From positions 1 to 12,030 of the forward strand of contig JAYUGC010000106.1 in the NCBI GenBank assembly GCA_043767805.1: 12,030 bases of DNA, in the 5' to 3' direction. The number at the start of each line of letters is the position of its first letter. The first letter of the stretch is position 1. Positions 7,811-12,030 of this stretch are shown here, one piece after another. The stretch comes from Pseudomonadota bacterium. GTDB lineage: Bacteria > Bdellovibrionota > FAC87 > UBA2466. The notes under the pieces are model-generated. The model ran no database searches and had not been told where the DNA came from. It saw only the letters and a list, made by a program, of their open reading frames with translations. Both the position numbers and the translations under genes were made by a program.

Positions 7811-8305
7811 ATGACCAAACGGAGTGGAAAGTTAGTTCTGAGCCTATGTCTGATAGGAGCGCTGGCCTCATGCGCCCATCAAGAAAACCCGGTGAGCAGC
7901 ATGCCCGTTTCGGGCGATACGGCGACCAACGTGCTGCCGCTCCCGGTTCCGGAGACCGCGCAGGCTACCTTACCGGTAGCGCCCGCGCCGAAGATCTCAA
8001 AGAAAGGAAACCGCGCAAAAAAAGCCGCGGCAAAGCCTGAGGTAACTATCATCGCAACGACGAATTGGCAGGACCACGGTCCGGTCGCTTCCGAGATGCC
8101 GATGCCTTTACCGAAGGGGGAGCCCGTGATGGCAGACGAGGTAAAACCCGTGCCGCAAGAAGCCGAAGTCGGAATCATCGGCTTCATTCACCGTTACCTT
8201 CTCGTGCTGCTCAGCGCGCTCTGCTTGGGCGCGGCTGGCTTGTACGCGTTCTTCATCTATCCGAACCGGCGCAATTCCGGCTCGGAACCGAATCGCTTCG
8301 GTTGA
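7811..8305 (+). CDS. Hypothetical lipoprotein with Pro/Ala/Lys-rich linker and C-terminal transmembrane helix
   Basis: AGGAGG RBS before ATG 7811, lipobox ALAS|C, and C-terminal YLLVLLSALCLGAAGLYAFFIY followed by NRRN. Confidence 0.75.
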   Translation: MTKRSGKLVLSLCLIGALASCAHQENPVSSMPVSGDTATNVLPLPVPETAQATLPVAPAPKISKKGNRAKKAAAKPEVTIIATTNWQDHGPVASEMPMPLPKGEPVMADEVKPVPQEAEVGIIGFIHRYLLVLLSALCLGAAGLYAFFIYPNRRNSGSEPNRFG

Positions 8306-8353
8306 GCGCGCCGCTCCTTGAAGGAGGGCTTCGCCCCGGCCACGCTGATCTCG

Positions 8354-9340
8354 ATGCGAGAGTGTGTGATGCTGTGGCTAGCCTTCGCTCTGGGAGCTAA
8401 CGCTTTCGGGAGGGGGATTGAGTATTGGGATTTTCCCCGGCAAGGGACAAATCTCTCAGGATCGTTCGTCGACGAGCCGCTCTTGAAAGCGGTGCGTGCA
8501 GGCGGCGTTCGCTTAGTGCGGCTGACGCCGACGGGTTGGCTCAGCCTGCAACGCGATTTTCTGCTGGCATCAGCCGATGAATTTCTTCGGCTGATGCCAG
8601 CCGATCTCGAAAGGCTCATTGCGGTTGTCGCTTCGGCGGACGAGCAAGGCTTGAGCGTCATTCTATCCACGAGGAGTTTGCCGGGCGCGCGCTATCAATC
8701 GCAAAACGACGGCGTCGACGACAGACGCCTGTGGAGCGAGGCCTATTTCCTGGAGCGCTCGGCCGAGTTCTGGCGCCGGCTGGCCATCGCCTTCAAAGGG
8801 CATCCCGCCGTCGTGGGGTACGATCTACTCGACGAGCCGCATCCCGAGCGGCGAGACGGGCTATTCTCTCCCGACTTTCCGGGCGTGACGGCCTGGCTGA
8901 AAGAGATAGCGGGCACCGCGGCCGATCTGGGTCACTTCAATGAAACGATCGTAAAAGCCATCCGGGCGGTGGACTCCGAGACTCCTATCGTCGTGGAGTC
9001 GGGCTTCCATGCTTCCGCGCGTGCCTTTGCTCACCTAAAGCCCCTCGCCGATACCAAGGTGCTTTATTCCTTTCATGCGCGCGCCGAAGATTCGGAACGG
9101 GATTTCGCCTTCGTTTCCGCTTGGCAGAAAAAGCATGGCATCGCTTCGGGTCGGATCCTCGTCGGAGATTCCGCTGGCGCTCACGGAGCGATCTTTCGCG
9201 AGAAGGGCTGGCACTGGGCGGTGAGCGATGGGGAGCGGTCCCCCCGCCACACTGGCGAAGAGACCGCTGAGGTTACACATCGTCAAAACGGGCCTTGGAA
9301 TAGCATCGCGATTTCTCTCGCGCAAATTAGAAAAAACTAA
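8354..9340 (+). CDS. Glycoside hydrolase family 5-like secreted protein, apparently degenerate
   Basis: GH5 TIM-barrel patterns VRLVRL, FWRRLAIAFKGHPAVVGYDLLDEPH, AIRAVDSETPIVVE, VLYSFH, ILVGD and GWHWA. Start uncertain (8318 TTG, 8354 or 8369 ATG), with a signal-like segment WLAFALGANAFG. Confidence 0.8.
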   Translation: MRECVMLWLAFALGANAFGRGIEYWDFPRQGTNLSGSFVDEPLLKAVRAGGVRLVRLTPTGWLSLQRDFLLASADEFLRLMPADLERLIAVVASADEQGLSVILSTRSLPGARYQSQNDGVDDRRLWSEAYFLERSAEFWRRLAIAFKGHPAVVGYDLLDEPHPERRDGLFSPDFPGVTAWLKEIAGTAADLGHFNETIVKAIRAVDSETPIVVESGFHASARAFAHLKPLADTKVLYSFHARAEDSERDFAFVSAWQKKHGIASGRILVGDSAGAHGAIFREKGWHWAVSDGERSPRHTGEETAEVTHRQNGPWNSIAISLAQIRKN

Positions 9341-9363
9341 ATGGGCAAAGAACGCTCATCCCG

Positions 9364-9401
9364 AAAAAGACGGCGGCCGATCCCCTTGCGGAGATCGGCC
9401 G
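9364..9401 (-). terminator. Intrinsic terminator downstream of DUF4360 gene 1 (between convergent genes)
   Basis: - strand CGGCCGATCTCC-GCAA-GGGGATCGGCCG forms a 12-bp stem with one G-U pair and a GNRA loop, followed by CCGTCTTTTT. Confidence 0.75.
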
Positions 9402-9468
9402 TGTCCGGGTTCAACCGACTTGCCATGAATCCCACCGAACCATTCGGTAAGGATCCAAATAGTAAGAT

Positions 9469-10089
9469 CTAGTTACACCGGCGCCATTGGATGCCGTACT
9501 TGTGCGAGAGCTGACCATCGATGGAATCGATGGTCATGAGCGCGCGGCGGCTTCCGCCACCAGTGACACGCACTTGCGTGTTCATATTAACGGCACGGGT
9601 CGCTCCACACGGAGACCAAACGACCGCGTCGAGACCGAGGCTGTCACGGATGTGATAGTCCTTGTCGGCCGGGCCGCTGAAGTTGGATTGCAGAGAAGCC
9701 TGCGACGAGCCGCCCTGGAAGTAATACGTTGTTTTCTGCGTTCCGGTGGCTCCGGGATCGAGCTGGATGTAACCGCGATAATCGACGTCAAAGATGGTGT
9801 ACGACCATCCCGACGGGAATCTGAGATCCACCGCGATCTGACAGTTGCGCCGCCCGCTGGCGAGCGATACGCCGGGACCGGCTTCCGCTACATAAGAATC
9901 AAAAAGCAAAGTGAACGCTTTCGCATCCGGGGCCATGCTTTCCGAGACCGATCCGGCGGGACATCCGCTTCCAGCATAAGAAATACCCGCAATCTTAACT
10001 TGATTGGCGGCGGGACCGGCGGCAAACGCGCTCGCTCCCACTGCCATCAACGCCACCAACGATCGTCCTGCCCATTTTGATAACTGCAT
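9469..10089 (-). CDS. Secreted DUF4360 domain protein (copy 1)
   Basis: Signal peptide, YAGSGCPAG, FTLLFDSY, RRNCQ, VDYRGY, YYFQG, WSPCG, DSIDG and WRRC are the DUF4360 signature with 4 Cys. RBS AGGAGG. Confidence 0.93.
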   Translation of the reverse strand: MQLSKWAGRSLVALMAVGASAFAAGPAANQVKIAGISYAGSGCPAGSVSESMAPDAKAFTLLFDSYVAEAGPGVSLASGRRNCQIAVDLRFPSGWSYTIFDVDYRGYIQLDPGATGTQKTTYYFQGGSSQASLQSNFSGPADKDYHIRDSLGLDAVVWSPCGATRAVNMNTQVRVTGGGSRRALMTIDSIDGQLSHKYGIQWRRCN

Positions 10090-10135
10090 CTTCGTCCTCC
10101 TGATTTATCGACTCGAACTACCCGTGAGGCATAAG

Positions 10136-10152
10136 AGCAAACGACATGCCAA
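10136..10152 (-). promoter_or_regulatory. Sigma-54 (-24/-12) promoter of DUF4360 copy 1
   Basis: - strand TTGGCATGTCGTTTGCT has GG-N10-GC spacing and is near consensus, 46 bp upstream of the ATG. Confidence 0.85.
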
Positions 10153-10167
10153 CGCAAACGGACGTTT

Positions 10168-10273
10168 TCGACGAGAAATCGGTAAAAATGTTCCGAAATC
10201 GACGAGATTTTTGGAACAGGAGCCGGTGTCAGAAAAACGGCTCCAACTATTTTTTATAGAGTGGTCGACGAGA
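10168..10273. repeat. Three direct copies of TCGACGAGA plus inverted repeats, candidate enhancer region
   Basis: TCGACGAGA at 10168, 10199 and 10265. Inverted repeats TGTTCC...GGAACA (10189-10218) and GGAGCCG...CGGCTCC (10219-10244). Confidence 0.55.
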
Positions 10274-10293
10274 ATGGGTAGGGCGGAAATAGG

Positions 10294-10328
10294 AAAGGGC
10301 CGGTTGCCCGAGGTGCAACCGGCCCTTT
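10294..10328 (-). terminator. Terminator hairpin downstream of DUF4360 copy 2
   Basis: Perfect 14-bp inverted repeat AAAGGGCCGGTTGC/GCAACCGGCCCTTT, followed on the - strand by CCTATTT. Confidence 0.8.
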
Positions 10329-10370
10329 GGATGACGGCTATAGAAGGGCAGAGTCCTTCTTAGTCAGCTC

Positions 10371-11021
10371 TCACTGACATCGCCGCCACCGGATACCGTA
10401 GACATGGGTCAGCTGACCGTCGATGGAGTCGGTGGTCATCATGGCCCGTCGGCCACCGCTCGCGGTCACCCGCACTTGCGTGTTCAGGTTGAGCGCGCGG
10501 CTCAAGCCGCAGGGCGAGTACACCACCGCGTCGATGCCAAGGCTGTCACGGATGTGATAGTCCTTGTCGGCCGGACCGGTGAAGGTCGACTGCAACGAAG
10601 GCCCAAGGGACTGACCTTGGAAGTAGTAGTTTGTTTTTTGCAAACCGCTCGCTCCTCGATCGAGTTGCACGTAACCGCGGTAATCGACGTCAAAGATGGT
10701 GTACGACCATCCTTGCGGGAATCTGAGATCCACCGCGATTTGGCAGTTCTTGCGTCCTTCTTTCAGAAGCACGCCAGGACCCGCCTCGGCGACGTACGAG
10801 TCAAAGAGCAGCGTGAATGCCTTGGCATCGGGAGCCACGCTCTCCGAGACCGATCCCGCCGGGCAACCCGAGCCGGCGTAAGCGATACTCGCGATCTTTA
10901 CCTCGTTCGGATTAGGACCTTCTCCCCCGTTCCAACCCAGTTTAGCTGCACTTGCCGTGTTGGCCATCAAACACAACCCAAGAGTGGTCGTGATTTTTTG
11001 GCCCCATTTATCGAGTCTCAT
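10371..11021 (-). CDS. Secreted DUF4360 domain protein (copy 2)
   Basis: Same signature as copy 1, about 80% aa identity over the domain by manual count. Start re-called to ATG 11021 (MRLDKWGQK parallels MQLSKWAGR of copy 1), downstream of its promoter. Confidence 0.93.
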   Translation of the reverse strand: MRLDKWGQKITTTLGLCLMANTASAAKLGWNGGEGPNPNEVKIASIAYAGSGCPAGSVSESVAPDAKAFTLLFDSYVAEAGPGVLLKEGRKNCQIAVDLRFPQGWSYTIFDVDYRGYVQLDRGASGLQKTNYYFQGQSLGPSLQSTFTGPADKDYHIRDSLGIDAVVYSPCGLSRALNLNTQVRVTASGGRRAMMTTDSIDGQLTHVYGIRWRRCQ

Positions 11022-11072
11022 GAGTACCCCCGTTAATTGTTTTTTTACCTCTCGCCTCCCGACCTCTAGAAG

Positions 11073-11089
11073 AGCAAGGGACGTGCCAT
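11073..11089 (-). promoter_or_regulatory. Sigma-54 (-24/-12) promoter of DUF4360 copy 2
   Basis: - strand ATGGCACGTCCCTTGCT matches TGGCACG-N4-TTGCT, essentially consensus, 51 bp upstream of the ATG. Confidence 0.9.
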
Positions 11090-11344
11090 GCGTCTCAAGC
11101 GTGAGACACGCGAATACAGTGTCTTTGTGACCACGAGAAAGCGTGAAGACAGATGTCGTGCCCACCAAGTCATCGCAAAACGACCGGGCGTTCCAAGTTG
11201 AGGCGCCGCGGAATGCAGGCTGAATGGTTCATTTATTCGTCGATAAAAGCCGAAAATGGAACAGGGCCAAAGCGCGCAACCCCGTCCGGAAAAAATTACC
11301 CAGCTATCTTAAGGCACCCAGGTACCTTTTAAGATGAACGCGAG

Positions 11345-11377
11345 AAGGGCCGGTGCCTTGTTCAGGCGCCGGCCCTT
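11345..11377 (-). terminator. Hairpin (terminator or 3' stabiliser) downstream of DUF4360-like copy 3
   Basis: AAGGGCCGGTGCCT-TGTTC-AGGCGCCGGCCCTT lies 21 bp after the stop, with a short U-tail. The outer arms are identical to those of the 10294-10328 hairpin. Confidence 0.7.
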
Positions 11378-11398
11378 GTTGCCTTGGAATGCCGTTCG

Positions 11399-12030
11399 TT
11401 ACTTGGTGCAGTCTTCGACTTTGAAGTACAGCGCCATTCTGTCGACGCTGGTGGCAGCGCTGGCGCCCGCTCCTGAGACTTGCGCGGACGTGTTCAGCCG
11501 AAGTATCGGCGAGCTGCCGCAAGCCGTGGTGAAGAAGTTCGTCAGACGAATCTGCACGCGGCCCACGAGATCCTTTTTGTCGGCGGTAACCACCTTCTTG
11601 ATCTTCGGACCCGTGGATCCGGCCGTGAACGCTTCGAGGTTCAATGTCGCCTTCGCGTTCAGGGGAAGATTCACTTTCCCCGCGAAATCCAGCTGAGAGA
11701 TGACGATCCGCTTACCCGCGGGCACCGAGATCGGAATGGCGAGAGCGCAAGCCTTACGCGTATCCGCCAAGGCCGCGCCCGCCGCGTCCAATACCTTGTA
11801 GCGATCCGTATGGATCTCGAGCACGTTCTTCTCCGAATCGAAGTCGACGTACGTTCCGGGCCCGCTTATCGAACAACCCGTGCCGTTCACCGCAATCTGG
11901 CTCGCATCCACCATGGACTCGACGGAATCCCCGTCGACCAGAGGCAGGAGCGGGTTGATGCGGGTCGCGACTCTCATGGTCGAAGGAAACGGAGCGAGCG
12001 TCTGCGAGTAGACGTAGTTATCGTCGTTAT
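11399..12030 (-). CDS. Protein with divergent C-terminal DUF4360-like domain (5' part outside window)
   Basis: NGTGCS, RKACALAIPISVPAG, LDFAG, TTACGSSPILRLNTS and a terminal EDC match the 4-Cys DUF4360 pattern. The frame stays open from 11977 to the window edge (NDDNYVYSQTLAPFPST-M), and there is no signal peptide at 11977. Confidence 0.78.
   Translation of the reverse strand, partial: NDDNYVYSQTLAPFPSTMRVATRINPLLPLVDGDSVESMVDASQIAVNGTGCSISGPGTYVDFDSEKNVLEIHTDRYKVLDAAGAALADTRKACALAIPISVPAGKRIVISQLDFAGKVNLPLNAKATLNLEAFTAGSTGPKIKKVVTADKKDLVGRVQIRLTNFFTTACGSSPILRLNTSAQVSGAGASAATSVDRMALYFKVEDCTK

Noticed and set aside
9469..11021. DUF4360 repeats as a DGR template/variable pair or CRISPR-like array
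   Set aside because: Both copies are full genes with promoters, differences are not adenine-specific, and no reverse transcriptase or cas gene is present.
2092..11036. Long antisense or alternate-frame ORFs (e.g. 2092..2625, 3317..4126, 4708..5268, 9487..10080, 10404..11036)
   Set aside because: These are shadows of real genes caused by GC-rich codon usage, with no motifs or RBS support.
11022..11168. N-terminal extension of DUF4360 copy 2
   Set aside because: It contains the sigma-54 promoter, and the signal peptide and paralog alignment start at ATG 11021.

Overview
Gene-dense, moderately GC-rich bacterial chromosomal window with no rRNA, tRNA, CRISPR array or mobile element that I can support. 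Its gene mix (secreted DUF4360 paralogs, a stand-alone SWIB protein, many secreted and lipoproteins, sigma-54 promoters) suggests a Bdellovibrionota/Myxococcota-like organism, which is inference only. In order: the 5' end of an MFS transporter (-, missed by the ORF track), a secreted Pro-rich low-complexity protein (+), a SolA/MTOX-family oxidase (-), a secreted alpha/beta hydrolase (+), a lipoprotein, RMD1-family protein, FKBP PPIase and SWIB protein (all -), a secreted HNH-like protein followed by its frameshifted pseudogene copy (-), a doubly anchored lipoprotein and an apparently degenerate GH5 (+), and a tandem array of three DUF4360 genes (-). The most notable signal is regulatory. Each complete DUF4360 gene has its own -24/-12 sigma-54 promoter and terminator hairpin, and a third -24/-12 motif precedes the Pro-rich secreted protein. 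This suggests a sigma-54-controlled set of secreted proteins of unknown function.
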